A DNA stretch of 64,000 nt from Octopus vulgaris (taxonomy: Eukaryota): NCBI GenBank assembly GCA_951406725.2, contig OX597819.1, positions 29,078,001 to 29,142,000 of the forward strand, given 5' to 3'. Positions 1-13,387 of the stretch are shown one piece after another. The translations under genes were made by a program, and so were the position numbers. Under the pieces are notes generated by a model, which saw nothing but the letters and a program-made list of their open reading frames with translations, did no database searches and was not told the DNA's origin. Positions within the stretch are counted from its first letter, which is position 1. The number at the start of each line of letters is the position of its first letter.

Positions 1-195
1 AGCATGCTGGGCAAAATGTGTCGCAGCATTGTCTGTCAATAAGTTCTGAGTTCAAGTTCTGCTGAGGTTGGCTTTGCCTTTCATCCTTTTGGGGTCAATA
101 AAATAAGTACCAGTTGAGCTCAGGATTGCTATGATCAACTCATCCCTGCCCCTGAACTTGCTAGCCTTGTGCCAAAAATCAAAACCAATATTAGA
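1..195 (+). mobile_element. tRNA-derived SINE, family B (truncated by window edge)
   Basis: B-box-like GAGTTCAAGTTC followed by the family core GCCTTTCATCCTTTTGGGGTCAATAAAATAAGTACCAG, which recurs more than 12 times in the window. Confidence 0.85.
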
Positions 196-339
196 TTAAC
201 AATTCAGCATTTACCATCCTTATAGTCTTATGTCTAGTGTCCTCTACACTTTCTCTGTCATTACCATCTTCTATTCAACCTTCAGATTATGTTGTATTGA
301 ATGAATGGAGGCAATGAAGAGTAGTGAGGGCTCTCTGGT

Positions 340-600
340 CTTGCAGAGAACAAGGGTATCTTACTGGTGTTAGTGTCACAATAAAATGCACCTAATACCC
401 TCTGTAAAGTGGCTGATGTTCTGAAGGGCTTTTAGTGATGGAAATCAATCCAAAATGGAATGCATGAGCATGATATTGTCCTCTGACCCATCTAGTGGAG
501 AGGGGGAGTAACTTTGAATAACTATAGAGTTGGCTTGAGACAACTCCTGAAACTCATGCTACAATGGAAAGCTGATGTGAAATGGTGAGAAAAATGATGA
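340..600 (+). mobile_element. degenerate RTE-tail element (family C)
   Basis: Diverged match to the GCACCC..CTCTGTAAAGTGGTTGG..GGAAGGGCATCCAG..CATGGAAA..GATGATGA tail seen at 4530-4600 and 15890-16055. Confidence 0.6.
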
Positions 601-1884
601 CCCCCAACTGGTGATCAACAGCTACCCTTGGTTACTAGTTTTCCAACAGCTAATTACTGATTCAATGTATTTCTGACAGTCAGTGCATCAAGTGGGTGTC
701 TGTAACAAGATGTAAAACTAATATCTCAAGTTACTTTGAAAATATGCGCTTTTTTTGGTTTTTCCACTGATATTTATTTTCTTTGTACAACAGTGACAAA
801 TCTTTATATAACAGTGACAAATACACACAGACTCACGTGTGTGTGCGTGCAGTCATAACAATCTTCTGAACAGTTTTTTGGCTATTTTGATTTCACTTCC
901 AAAGTAAAGATCATTCTGAGGCTTTGGTAGAAGACACTTGCTCATGACATTGCATAGTGGATACAAAAGGAACTGCTCAATCACACAGCCCATGTTACAC
1001 TTGCTCCGCAAAAATTCAAATCCAGCAGCTGAGAGATTCAAGAAAAAGCAGGCTGGTATGTGTTTGTCAGTGCATGCATGTGCATGTGTGTGCACATGGG
1101 TTTGCGGGTACTTATGCACATGAGTTTGTTAAAATTAATAACTTCAAAGAAATTTACATTTGTCATTTCTAAAATATCAGTTTATCAGGAAAAATATCTC
1201 ATAAATTTATAGATGTGATAAATGGTGAATTTTCATAATTTTTGTCAAAAATTGGCATAATAGTGACTTGAGGTGAAGATTAATGAAGACTCTTAATGCA
1301 CGCTATTTTGTAAGAGCCGGTTTTGAGATAACAGTGGCTAAAGTAATCTTTGATAATGCAGATATATTAGTCGCTTAGACACTCGAAAACTAATTATGGC
1401 ATCTTCAAATTAACTCTAAACTTTAAAACTCTTTAATAATGAAATTAAAAACTGATTACTTTTATAATAACAAGTCAATAAAATAAAAACAACAACAACA
1501 ACAATTTCATAGTTTGATTTAAGAAATCGTTCAGAAATGATCATTACCATTATCTTCTCTATACCAAATGAAATGGGTTAAAGTTTGTATTTTCATGCGT
1601 AATTACTTGGCAATATTTTCGAACTGAATCTTGAGAAATGTCAAGTAAATTAGCACTGATATTTTTCAACATGAGCAATTGAAATAAAGACTGTGTGTGT
1701 GTCAGAGAGTGAAACAGAGAGGAGAGAGACAGCGAGAGAGGGAGAGAGAGATTATTGTAATTCGTAAATGTAAAACAAAATATATTAGAAAATAACTTAT
1801 TGAATATTTAAAGATTTAAGAATTAAAACAGAAATGTTGTATTTCTAAAACATCTTACTACGCAGTGCAGTCTCTTATTTTTGA

Positions 1885-1885
<1 letters not shown>

Positions 1886-1962
<77 letters not shown>
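1886..1962. repeat. (GA)n microsatellite
   Basis: Perfect GA run of about 38 units. Confidence 0.98.
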
Positions 1963-1965
<3 letters not shown>

Positions 1966-2554
1966 AGAGATTAGATTTTGAAAATGTCATATCAGGAAAA
2001 CCAAACAATCTGTAAAAGTATGAAAGATAAATAGAAAAAGAAAAAAAAAGAAAGAAAATAGAATTGCAGGAAATAAAGATGTTACAGAATATTAGAATAG
2101 TTAAGACAGTGGTGCATTGAAGTAGAACCTGTTTGTGACTAAGATTTTTAACTTCAGTTATGGTCCTAATTTCTTTTGATGTAGCTATGCTAAAATAACT
2201 TGAAAATATCATACTCATTAGTAACTATTAATTAAGATGCATAATAATCCTAAATTAGTTAACAATGAAAAGTTTCTAAAAAAGAAGTTGAGATTTCTTT
2301 CTCTATGCTTGAGAGAAGGGTTAACCTGTCATCTACATTTGGAAGAATAAGGAACATGATCAGAATCACATGGGGTATAAGCTGGCAACTTGAAATTAGG
2401 CTAATACCCTTATTCTCTGAAACACAATCTGCACCCTGAAAACGTATTCCTACAATCTGAAGAAACATAAAGAAACAATCTAAAGGCTAGAGGATTTTGA
2501 AAAACAGGGTTTAAGGTTTATATAGGGATACTGATATGAGACAGCAGAAAAGCT

Positions 2555-3012
2555 AAATGGCAGATGCTCAGTAGCAATAAAGACTGGAAATGTGCAGAGA
2601 ACAACTTATGTCACATTCCAGGGAGAAAAACTAGAAGTAGCTGACAGCTTCCATTACCTAGGTGACCAAGTCAGTAGCAGGGGTGGATGCTCTGAACGTG
2701 TAGCTGCCAGAATAAGAATAGCCTGGGTAAAGCTGAGAGAGGTCCTACCTCTCACTCAGAGCAAAATATAGACAGTATGAAGCATGTGTATGAACAGCCA
2801 TGCTACATGGCAGTGGAACATGGGCCATGAGTGCAGATGACATGCGTAAGCTTGCAAGGAATGAAGCCAGTATACCCTGCTGGATGTGTAATATCAGGGT
2901 GCATACACGACAGTGTGTAAGTGTGTTGAGAGAAACGTTGGACCTAAGAAGCATCAGATGAGGCGTGCAAGAAAGATGACTGCACTGGTATGGTTATGTG
3001 GTATGAATGGAA
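2555..3012 (+). mobile_element. RTE-clade LINE, C-terminal RT/thumb fragment (copy 1)
   Basis: Translates to TFQGEKLEVADSFHYLGDQVSSRGGCSERVAARIRIAWVKLREVL..MLHGSGTW; paralogous to 3530-3890. Confidence 0.85.
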
Positions 3013-4600
3013 GAGGACCCTGGTGAATAAAGCAATTAAGGATATGAAGACAGGGAAAGCACCTGGCCCATCAGGAATCACCATTGAGATGCTTAAAATA
3101 TTGGGCGGGGTGTGTTATGGTCTTGTCACCCACATTGTAAATCATGTAGTCCATGAAGGAGTCATACCCAATGACTGGTGTAGCAGCACCACAGTCAACT
3201 GCTACAAGGGTAAAGGTGATGCTTTAGACAGAAGTAACTATAGGATTATCAAATTATTGGATCAGATGATGAAAATTACAGAGAGGATCATAACCCAACT
3301 AATTAGGGAGTTAGCCTAAATGCGATGCAGTTTGGTTTTGCGCCAGGCAGAAACACCACTGATGTTATATTTCTTGTAAGGCATGGGTAGAAACTCTATA
3401 TGATGTACCTGGTGTAAGCTATGGACATCTAAAAGGTGCAGCAATATCAAAGGAAAGTTAACCGGGAAAATAGCTTTTAGTGAGGCAGATACACAGGAGC
3501 AATAAACATGGAAGATGTACAGAAAACAGATTCCATCACATGCCAGGGGGAGAAACTAGAAGTAGTTAATAGCTTCCGCTACCTAGGCGACTACATCAGT
3601 AGTGGGAGTGGTTGCTCTGAGAGTGTAGTGGTTAGAATAAGAATAGGCTGGGCAAAGTTCAGGGAGCTCCTACCTCTGCTGGAAACTGAGGACCTCTTGC
3701 TCAGAATGAAAGGTAGACTGCTGAGGACGAGTGTAGGCTTGAACGAAATGAAGTTAGTATGATCTGCTGGATGTGTAATGTCAGTGTGCATTCACAACAG
3801 AGTATAAGCACTCTGAGAGAAAAGTTGAGCATAAGAAGCATCAAATATGGTGTGCAAGAGAGACAACTGCACTGGTATGGCCAAGTGTTACATATGGATG
3901 AGGACAGCTGTGTGAGGAAGTGTCACTACTTAAGGAACCTAATAGAAGGGGTAGATGCAGGAAGACATGGGATGAGGTGGTGAAGCATGACCTTCGAACA
4001 TTGGGCTTCACAGAGCCAATGACAGGAGACTGAGACCTTTGGAGATATGCTGTGATTAAGAAGATAAGGCAACTAAAGTGAGATCACAGCCATGCATGTC
4101 TGGCCCAGTTAAGAATACCCTTGATGCATCAGGCGATATATGCTTGAGAAGACCTGTTGAGTCAAGTAAGACCAATATCGTAGTTGTGGCCAGTGACATG
4201 TAACAAACACCATCCGAATGTGGTCAATGCCAGGTTCGCCTGACTGGCTCCCATGCCAGTGTCACATAAAAAAGCACCACCTGAATGTGACTGATGCCAG
4301 TATCCACTGACTGGCTCCCACTGCCATAAAAAGCACCATCTGGACATGGCCAATATAAGTGCCCCCTGGCTGGTTCCTGTGCCAGTGGCACGTAAAAAAC
4401 ACCATCTGAATGTAGCCAATGCCAGTACCTCTTGACTGGCCTTCATACCGGTGACACATAAAAAGCACTATCTGAACGTGATCAATGCCAGGCCTGCCTG
4501 ACTGGCTCCTGTGCTGGTGGCACTTAAAAAGCACCCACTACAGTCTAAAGCCATCCAACCCATGCCAGCATGGAAAGCGGATGTTAAATGACGATGATGA
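3013..4600 (+). mobile_element. RTE-clade LINE, internally deleted, with 3' UTR and (GAT)n tail (copy 2)
   Basis: KAIKDMKTGKAPGPSG..IPNDW..YKGKGDALDRSNYR, MQFGFAPGRNTTDVIF, FRYLGD..RIRIGWAKFREL and LHWYGQVLHMDED, with stops and frameshifts; ends AAATGACGATGATGAT. Confidence 0.92.
4185..4537 (+). repeat. tandem array of ~66-bp hairpin-forming units in the RTE 3' UTR
   Basis: About 5.5 copies of GTGCCAGTGGCACGTAAAAAGCACCATCTGAATGTGGCCAATGCCAGT..ACTGGCTCC. Confidence 0.85.
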
Positions 4601-5630
<1,030 letters not shown>

Positions 5631-5631
5631 A

Positions 5632-6045
5632 TAAGCATGGCTATGTGACTGAGAATTTTTGTTTTCCAATCACATGGCTTTGGGTTCAGTCGTAGAGCAT
5701 GGCACCTTTGGCAAGTGTCTATTGCTTACTACTGAAGCCTAGGGTCAATAGAAGTCTTGGGAGTGGATTTAGTAGAATGAAACTGAAAGGTTTTTGTGTG
5801 TATGCATGTGTGTGAGTGTGTGCATGTGTTCGCACACATTCTTGTCTTGATATTATATGATAGCATTAAATGAGCATCAGCACCGCATGAGTAGTATAAT
5901 TTGTTTCTGATCTTCCATGAAAAGCATGTCTGGAAATAGTAGAGGACTGATAACAAGAAGGGCATCTGGTCACCGAAATTCTGCCTCAAAAAATCCCATC
6001 TGACTTAGGCAAGCAGCAAAAGAAGATGCAAATATGATGATGGTG
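5632..6045 (+). mobile_element. SINE family A 5' part joined to a family-C-type tail
   Basis: CATGGCTATGTG..GGGTTCAGTC..CACCTTTGGCAAGTGTCT head, then AAGAAGGGCATCTGG..ATGATGATG tail. Confidence 0.7.
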
Positions 6046-6360
6046 TACATTACACATGCACATAGAGAAGTGTGAATAGCAGAGTTTATAAAGTACTGTA
6101 GCACAATCAAAAAATTTCTGCTTGTCCTGTCATTGAGATCGTAATGTATCTACTGTCTAAACATTTAGCTCTCAACAACTTACACTACTCAAACAAACGG
6201 TGGTGTAGTAAACTGCTCTATGACTAACAGCATTAGTTCAATTCCAGCCTTGGTAAAAACTGCACACTGTATATTTTAAAAATTCTACTGGAAGAGAAAT
6301 TTAATTTAATTGAATTCAGAAGTACCAGTTATATACTGCTTTAACTGAATCAATAGCAAT

Positions 6361-6669
6361 TTGTTTGTTTGTTCCTTCTTGAGCCATGCCTGGCTCATAA
6401 GGGCCGGTTTCCCGGTTTCATTGGTGTATAGGTTCCCCACCTGGACGGGACGCCAGTCTGTCGCAGGTGAGCTGCTAGATGCAGGAGGAAAAAGTGAGAG
6501 AAAGTTGTGGTGAAAGAGCCGGCAGAAGTTTGTCATTACCTTCTGCCGGAGCCGCGTGGAGCTTAGGTGTTTCACTCATAAACACATACATTGCCCGGTC
6601 TGAGATTCGAACCCACGATCCCTCGACCGCGAGTCCGCTTCTCTAACCACTAGGCCATGTGCCTCCACT
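6361..6669 (-). mobile_element. young full-length tRNA-derived SINE, family D (resembles octopus OR-type SINEs)
   Basis: Minus strand A box TGGCCTAGTGG and B box GGTTCGAATC; CpG-rich; (AAAC)n tail; 13-bp TSD AATCAATAGCAAT at 6348-6360 and 6670-6682. Confidence 0.92.
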
Positions 6670-7299
6670 AATCAATAGCAATATATTACTGTGGATTTTT
6701 TTATTGATTCCAGAGAAACGAAATTTGATATGAGTGGTGTTTTATCAGCTGTTTTATCTCGAGATGACAGTGTTGGTGGTAACGGTGATGGATACAACTA
6801 CCACCAAGAGCATAACAGTAATAATAACAATTAACAACCATGCAATTAGTTTAATTAGCTATTCAAGCAAGGTTTTGTTATACATTTTACTTGTTCAAGT
6901 GAAATCAACAATAAAAATGATATTCAGTGAAACACAAGCTTGTTTTCAAAAAGGGCAAAAGCAACTTTATTAAACAGGTCTGTAATATCGATATTGTAGA
7001 AGGAAACGATATTTGGAATATTGGTCAGACATTTACCATAACTTCATTGATTGAAAAATAAAAAATAAAAAAAAGAAGCTTTAATGTATGTATGACATGG
7101 TCATTATGGCTTATGAGAAAATATGACACCAGCCTACCAGTAGTAAATGTTATAAAGTCATAATATGAATTGTCTGGTTTTTGGTTGGAAATTCACCAAA
7201 TAACTGGTTTAAGACAACAGTTGTTGTAGCCTTTGTGATGTGTTTCTAAAATATATGATGTTGGAAGAACTTGAGTCTTTTGGAGGAAATGTTAAAGGA

Positions 7300-8105
7300 A
7301 GAGGTAGAGAAGACAGTAATCACTGTTTTATCGGTGATGCTAATTCAACAGAGTGTAATGGGGAACCTTGAAATCTAAAGAAAAATAAAATGTCTTGATA
7401 CAAATGTAAGCATTGAAATGGATGAAACTACAAGGAGACATGGAATGGAAATAAGTGCTGTAGAACAGAAAATAATAGCTAGAAAAAAGAAAACAAGTCA
7501 GTCTAATTGAAATAACAGACAAGACGCTTAAACAAATTGATGGATCAAAATATTTGAGAAAAAAAAAAGAAAAGGAAATAATGGAAGATGAGGGATCCAT
7601 AAAAGAAGCAGAATGCCATATTGAAATAGTTACAAAGGCTTTAGCAAAATTAGATTCTATTTGGAACGATAACAAGATTTCAATAGAAACAGATTTATTT
7701 ATTTTTTTTAAAGCAATAGTAATTTCATTTGTACATTCCGGATGTGAATTACGGATTTCTGATATTCAAAATGTGAAAAAAGGATCATGGTTCTTGAAAT
7801 GAAATGTTATACAATGATGTTTTGCATTCAGCATATTGAACTAAGAAATGTTAAGTAAGACATTGTCGGGAAGACTGAACCAGGAAACTGCTTGGTCAGT
7901 TGTTAAAACATGGGAGTGATCTGGCTCATTCGCTATGACATAATACATCTAGCGAAAATCATGGTTATGCATGGACAAACATCAATCAAAGTCGTTTACA
8001 GCTGATGATCACTGGTTGAATAACCAGGAAAGGTAGAAGGTTACCTCTCTAGCTGTGCATCGACAGCCATCTAGGCTATGGAAATTGATTGAATGATAAT
8101 AATGA
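7300..8105 (+). mobile_element. old RTE/BovB-like LINE 3' fragment
   Basis: DEGSIKEAECHIEIVTKALAKLDSIWNDNKISIET..KAIVISFVHSGCE resembles the RTE thumb/C-terminus; ends in (GAT/AAT)n. Confidence 0.6.
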
Positions 8106-8647
8106 TGATGATGATAATAAAACACTAAGTACAAAATCAAATATATGGCACCCTAGGCATAACACCAACATGAATTTCCAACTTGTCTCTTGAGGTCTCT
8201 GGGTGAGACTTGGAGCCAACTTGTACAAATGTATATTGTGCATATATTTTGCACAATAATTTAAAAAGAAATCTGGACATGTTTCTTACTGCTAGCCATT
8301 CAACTTCAAATTACAATTGTAGACTGAGATGTACATATAGTGTTATCGTATACAGTGGAAGTTCAATACAAAATTTTGAACTCATTATCTTGCGGTTAGT
8401 AATTCATTACCTTAAATTTGAAGCCATTAAGTCTTTAGACATTCTTTTACTGGGTTTAGTCCTTCAACTGTCACTATGATGGGGTATCACCTTCAAAAAT
8501 TTAATTGATCATACTGACCTCAATATGTCTTTCAATCTGGCATTTATTTTATAGATCCCTGCTTGATGAACTGCTAATTTTGAAACATAGTGGTGGGACA
8601 CAATATTTGTTTTAACAACAAATGTCAACACACACACACACACATTA

Positions 8648-8800
8648 GGTGCAAGAATGGCTGTGTGGTTGAGAAGTTTGCTTCCCAACCACATGGTTCC
8701 ATGTTCAGTCTCTCTGCATGATACCTTGGGCAAGTGTTTTTTTACTATAGCCCTAGGCCAACCACAGACTTGTAACTGAATTTGGTAGATAGAAACTGCA
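8648..8800 (+). mobile_element. SINE family A, 5' part
   Basis: TGGCTGTGTGG A box, GTTCAGTC B-box-like, CCTTGGGCAAGTGT core. Confidence 0.85.
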
Positions 8801-8970
8801 GCGTTGTTTATCAGAAAATGACCAAAAACCATGTTTATAAAGAAGAGCTGTTTGCTTTGCATTCTGTGTGTCGATTCTGCCCATAAGAAAGGAACAAATA
8901 ATACAATGTGGCTATAGGTCATAACACCCAAGCAATGCTGGGGTGCAGTGCTAGTATATATATATAATAA

Positions 8971-9185
8971 CACTTTCTACTATAGGTGCAAGGATTGAAA
9001 TTTTTGGAGGAAGGGACTAGTTGATTATGTAAAACCCAATGCTTGACTGGTACTTAATTTAGTGACCCTGAAAGGATAGAAGGCAAAGTTAACCTCAGCA
9101 GAATTTGTACTAAAAATGTAAAAACAGATGAAATACTACTAAGCATTTCATCCAGCACGCTAACACTTCTGTCAGCTTGCCATCT
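8971..9185 (-). mobile_element. SINE family B
   Basis: GGTACTTAATTTAGTGACCCTGAAAGGATAGAAGGCAAAG core in reverse. Confidence 0.85.
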
Positions 9186-9742
9186 ATATATTATAATTAT
9201 TATTATTATTATTATTATTGTTATCATCATAATAATAATAATAAAAAACAAATAAATGAAAGAAAATTCAAATAGCTGCAAAATATGAACAAAAAAAAAA
9301 AAAACAGCTTCTGTTTTTCAAAGAAGAAGTCAACAAATATAAAACTGCGGCTAAGGTATTGATAGCTACAAGGAGAATGGAGATAGAGAAAGAATAAAAA
9401 TGACAACCTGCAAAGCTAAGCTGAATGTGGGATTAAAATTTGTCATGGCGAGATAGATGCTGACAAGTAAAACACCTACATGGCCTATACATGACAATTC
9501 TGAACAAAGTAAAATGGATAAAGAATAATCTCTGCACAGGCTGAGAGTTGACAGAACTCAAACCTGAGAATGATCGAATTTTTTTTTCTATGGTAGCACA
9601 AAACTAAAGCCTACCACCAAAAGCATTTATTGAAGGAGAATCCAAAATGTAACTGAAGAATATATGCAAGATGTGAAGGAACACTTAGTGATGCTTCTGG
9701 TTGAGCAGTCTTAATGAAAATAGAATATATGTACAAGTATGA

Positions 9743-10108
9743 ACAACATGGTTCCGGGTTCAGTCCCACTGTGTGGCACCTTGGGAAAGTGTCTTCTACT
9801 ATAGCCTCACGGTGACCAAAGCCTTGTGAGTGGATTTGGTAGACGGAAACTGAAAGAAGCCCGTCGTATATATGTATATATATGTATGTGTGTGTGTGTG
9901 TATACGTTTGTATGTCTGTGTTTTCCCCCCCAACATCGCTTGACAACTGATGCTGGTGTGTTCACATCCCGTAACTTAGCGGTTCAGCAAAAGAGGATGA
10001 TAGAATAAGTACTAGGCTTACAAAGAATAAGTCCTGGAGTTGATTTGCTCGACTAAAGGCAGTGCTCCAGCATGGCAGCAGTCAAGTGACTGAAACAAGT
10101 AAAAGAGT
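9743..10108 (+). mobile_element. SINE family A, 5'-truncated, complete 3' tail
   Basis: Core plus internal (TA/TG)n plus tail GTGCTCCAGCATGG..CAGTCAAGTGACTGAAACAAGTAAAA; 8-bp TSD AAGTATGA at 9735 and 10109. Confidence 0.9.
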
Positions 10109-10119
10109 AAGTATGACAG

Positions 10120-10470
10120 TGCTGGGGATTTCATACAGTGTGAAAAGCACTTTTGCTGGTGCCACATAAGAAGCACCCATGCTGGTTCCATGTAACAAGC
10201 ACCTGTGTCGGTGCCACGTATAAAGCACCCGTACCAGTACCATGTGATAGGCACCCATGCTGGTGCCATGTAACAAGCACCCATGCCAGTGTGATGTGAG
10301 TAGTACCCAGTACACTCTGTAAAATGGTTGGCACTAGGAAAGGTATTCAGCTGTAGAAACCAAACCAAAACAGACGAATGGAGCCTAGTGTAGCTCTCAG
10401 GTTAGCCAGCCTCTGTCAAACTGTCCAACCTATGTCAGTATGGAAAACAGACGTTAAATGATGATGTTGA
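10120..10470 (+). mobile_element. RTE-tail element (family C) with ~26-bp tandem repeats
   Basis: About 6 copies of ATGCTGGTGCCACGTAAAAGCACCC (10150-10310), then family C tail ending AAATGATGATG. Confidence 0.8.
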
Positions 10471-10769
10471 TAAAAAGGTACAGAACAGAAGAGGATGATA
10501 TGAACAAATGAACAATCACAGCAGAGAATAATAAAATGACCATATTATTGAACAGGTATGGACAAGAATAGCAAGGCAAACTATCTACATATTATTATAA
10601 TATAGAAGAATCACATAAAGAGTTGAAAAGGTTTATAAACAAAGATTATCCATGCAGTTCTTTTACAAGAACCTGCTCTGTACTCCCTTTTAATCTCTTG
10701 TCCCTTAGCATAAAGCTGACACTCCCTCCCTTAAGGTTCATCGCTATGAGAGCTGCAGAGCAACCTTAA

Positions 10770-10990
10770 CCCTTTCGTTACCAACCCGGCTGAAACCGGC
10801 TCTGGCTCTTTAGTACAAATGTCTGGTTTTCAAAAGTTCTGAATTAAAATCTTCCACCAAACCTGAGTCATAATTTACATCCGTAACTCTAGCTTAATGA
10901 TAACGATGTTATTTTACTTAATTCTTTGTTATATTTAAAATAATTGGAAGAAACACTGAGCATCTCAAAATAAATTCAGTAACGAAAGGG
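10770..10990. mobile_element. piggyBac-type MITE
   Basis: TTAA TSD at 10766-10769 and 10991-10994; perfect 12-bp TIR CCCTTTCGTTAC / GTAACGAAAGGG; 221 bp. Confidence 0.92.
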
Positions 10991-11511
10991 TTAATAGTGT
11001 TAATGGCATGAAATAATGTGCCCAGTACGCACAGTAAAGTAGTTGGTGTTAGAAAGTATATCCAGCCATTAGAGACCAAGCCAAAGCAGACACTAGAACA
11101 CAATCAGATCCAATCAAACCCATGCATGCCGCCATGAAACATAGATGTTAAATGAGCTATCTATGGACCTACCTATCTACACACACACACATTCTTAACT
11201 AGGCACAGAATATGAGAACAAATTGTTTAAATTTCCAATTTTTTTCTTATGCCCTAATCCTTGACTTCAAATTTTTAATATTTAATAAGACGGACATACA
11301 CAACAAAACTGGTAATACTTTATAAAAGTCACTTAATGTAACAAATATAAAAATACTTAACCTGTATGATGAAAGGAAAAAAAGAGTTAAAAATTCTTTA
11401 AACATAATTCTGTGCAGATGCAACCTTTACTTTCTACCAATAACCTTTGATTTGTATGAACTCTTAACCTCCCTTTTCAACCATATGTGTGTGTGAGTGT
11501 TTAGATACATA

Positions 11512-12378
11512 CAGGGTGCAGTGAATATACTGTTGTCTACACAAAAATGAAAATAACACCAACATCTTATTCTAACAGATATATTTACCAAACTTATATA
11601 AAAATAGCTTGAAATACTAAACAATAAATTTATTCAATAAAATCCCCATTGGCTTCAACCATAGCCTCCAGACGACTTCGGAATCTTCTGCAACGCTTCT
11701 GGATGGTCTCCTTGTTTAAGTTGGTGAATGCTGCTATAATCCTTGCCTTCAGTTCATCTTCAGTGTTACAAGGAGTTTTGTTGGTCTCTCACCCAACTGT
11801 ACCCCACACATGATAATCAAGGGGGTTGCAGTCTGGGGAGTTAGGTGGCCAGATGTTAGGGGTTATGTGGTCGCAGAAATTGTCTGACAGCCGTGACTGT
11901 GTTCTACTGCTTGTATGACATGGTGCAGAGTCATGTTGCCGTACATAGGGTCTTCCAGCAGCCATCCTCATGATCCAGGGCAGCTCTACCTCCTCCAGGC
12001 CCTTGATGTAGGCCTCTGTATTGAGTGTGAGGCTGTGTGGAAAGATGAATGGAGGCATAATGTTGCCATCACTAGGGATCACTCCAAACACCATGATGTT
12101 GACTGAATGTTTAATTTTTATCACTTTCAGCACATGCACAACCTCAGATTGACACTCAAACACTCTGAAATGTTCATACTGGAGCTTCCAGCACAAATGC
12201 CAAGCAGTACAATGTGTCGTTTTCAAATTTCTGGCAGAGCTAGTTGCATCATGGTGCCATTTTTCTCACAGATGATGTCCAACTGACCCTACTATACTGT
12301 GTAGTCAACAAAATTAAAATCCAGCAAAGCACATGTGCAAAAAATACAAAATGGTGACAATTTATCCTTTGCACCCTG
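11512..12378 (-). mobile_element. Tc1/mariner superfamily DD37D (maT) element, internally deleted
   Basis: TA-flanked TIRs CAGGGTGCA / TGCACCCTG; ORF 11789-12226 has QHDSAPCH..WPPNSPDCNPLDY with 37 residues between the 2nd and 3rd catalytic D; the N-terminal part including the 1st D is missing. Confidence 0.92.
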
Positions 12379-12391
12379 TATATGTACATGA

Positions 12392-12452
<61 letters not shown>

Positions 12453-13185
12453 ACACCAGTGAAAGTTCAGACACTGTTTTCCAATATCAATGGAGAAAAA
12501 TTTTGTCTAAGTATGCAGTTGACTGTGACTACATACCACTGATGATGCTTAATGAGGCAGAAAAACACTTCTAGCATTCTCACAAGCTAGTATAGGATCA
12601 TTTTTATTTGCTTCCAATATATATATATATAGTGTTTTGCAACACAGCTTGTCCATAAGAGATATTATCTCTGGTTGAATACTGCAATAGATAATGATGT
12701 ATTTACTTTAAGTATGATACACAGATGGATACTTTAATACTTTTGTTGCATATTAAGAATATATAATACATATATGCAGATATGTACATGCACATATACA
12801 CATGTATTCACATATTTATATACATATTTAATGTTATTGATAACATGAATATGCGATACATAGATATGTTATTGTTAGCATCTAAAAGAAGATGCTTGTT
12901 TTCCATTCAATAAGGTCAAGAGAGCTTTGGTTAGGAGGAATTGATGCCATCAGATGGTATCCAATAATCCCTGGGATTTTGTTTTGACCATGAACTATAA
13001 CACCCTCCCACAGGTGGGTTAGCACAGGTGGCCAAATCAATACTCATCACCACCCTGGCTTCCAGCTTAGTTTCTCTCTCTTGCTTGCATCCACCACACA
13101 AACACACACACAATGAGAGTGAGAGAGAATAAATGAAGTACTAAGTAATATTATTGATATTCATAATCAGATACATTTCCTATAC

Positions 13186-13335
13186 ATGTAAGGTGTTCCT
13201 GAAAAATGTATGCACTCATTGAATGGTTTTAAAGTCAGTGTTTATTAAAATACATTTCATTTTCAAAATTTAATAGAAGCTACAGACAGAATGTAATTGA
13301 ATTTTACAGACACCTGTTTTCAAACTGACGACTGT
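13186..13335. mobile_element. Tc1/mariner terminal fragment
   Basis: AGGTGTTCCTGAAAAATGTATGCAC resembles the TIR at 42191 (CCGAGTGTCCCAAAAAGTGTATACAC). Confidence 0.5.
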
Positions 13336-13387
13336 TCTGATCTAGGCACTGCTTACACAAAGCAATGGAATTGCAAGTATCAAGAAG

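Noticed and set aside
789-822. 13-bp direct repeat AACAGTGACAAAT around a short spacer
   Set aside because: Too short to assign; probably local slippage or an insertion scar.
4185-4537. CRISPR-like repeat/spacer appearance
   Set aside because: The variable parts are homologous to each other, the context is a eukaryotic retroelement, and no cas genes are present.
6595-6669. Possible tRNA gene
   Set aside because: The A/B boxes belong to a SINE head continuous with body, tail and TSD.
12533-12580. CTGATGA-TGCTT..AGGCA-GAAA hammerhead-like core
   Set aside because: Stem II is plausible, but stems I and III are poorly paired and there is no element context.
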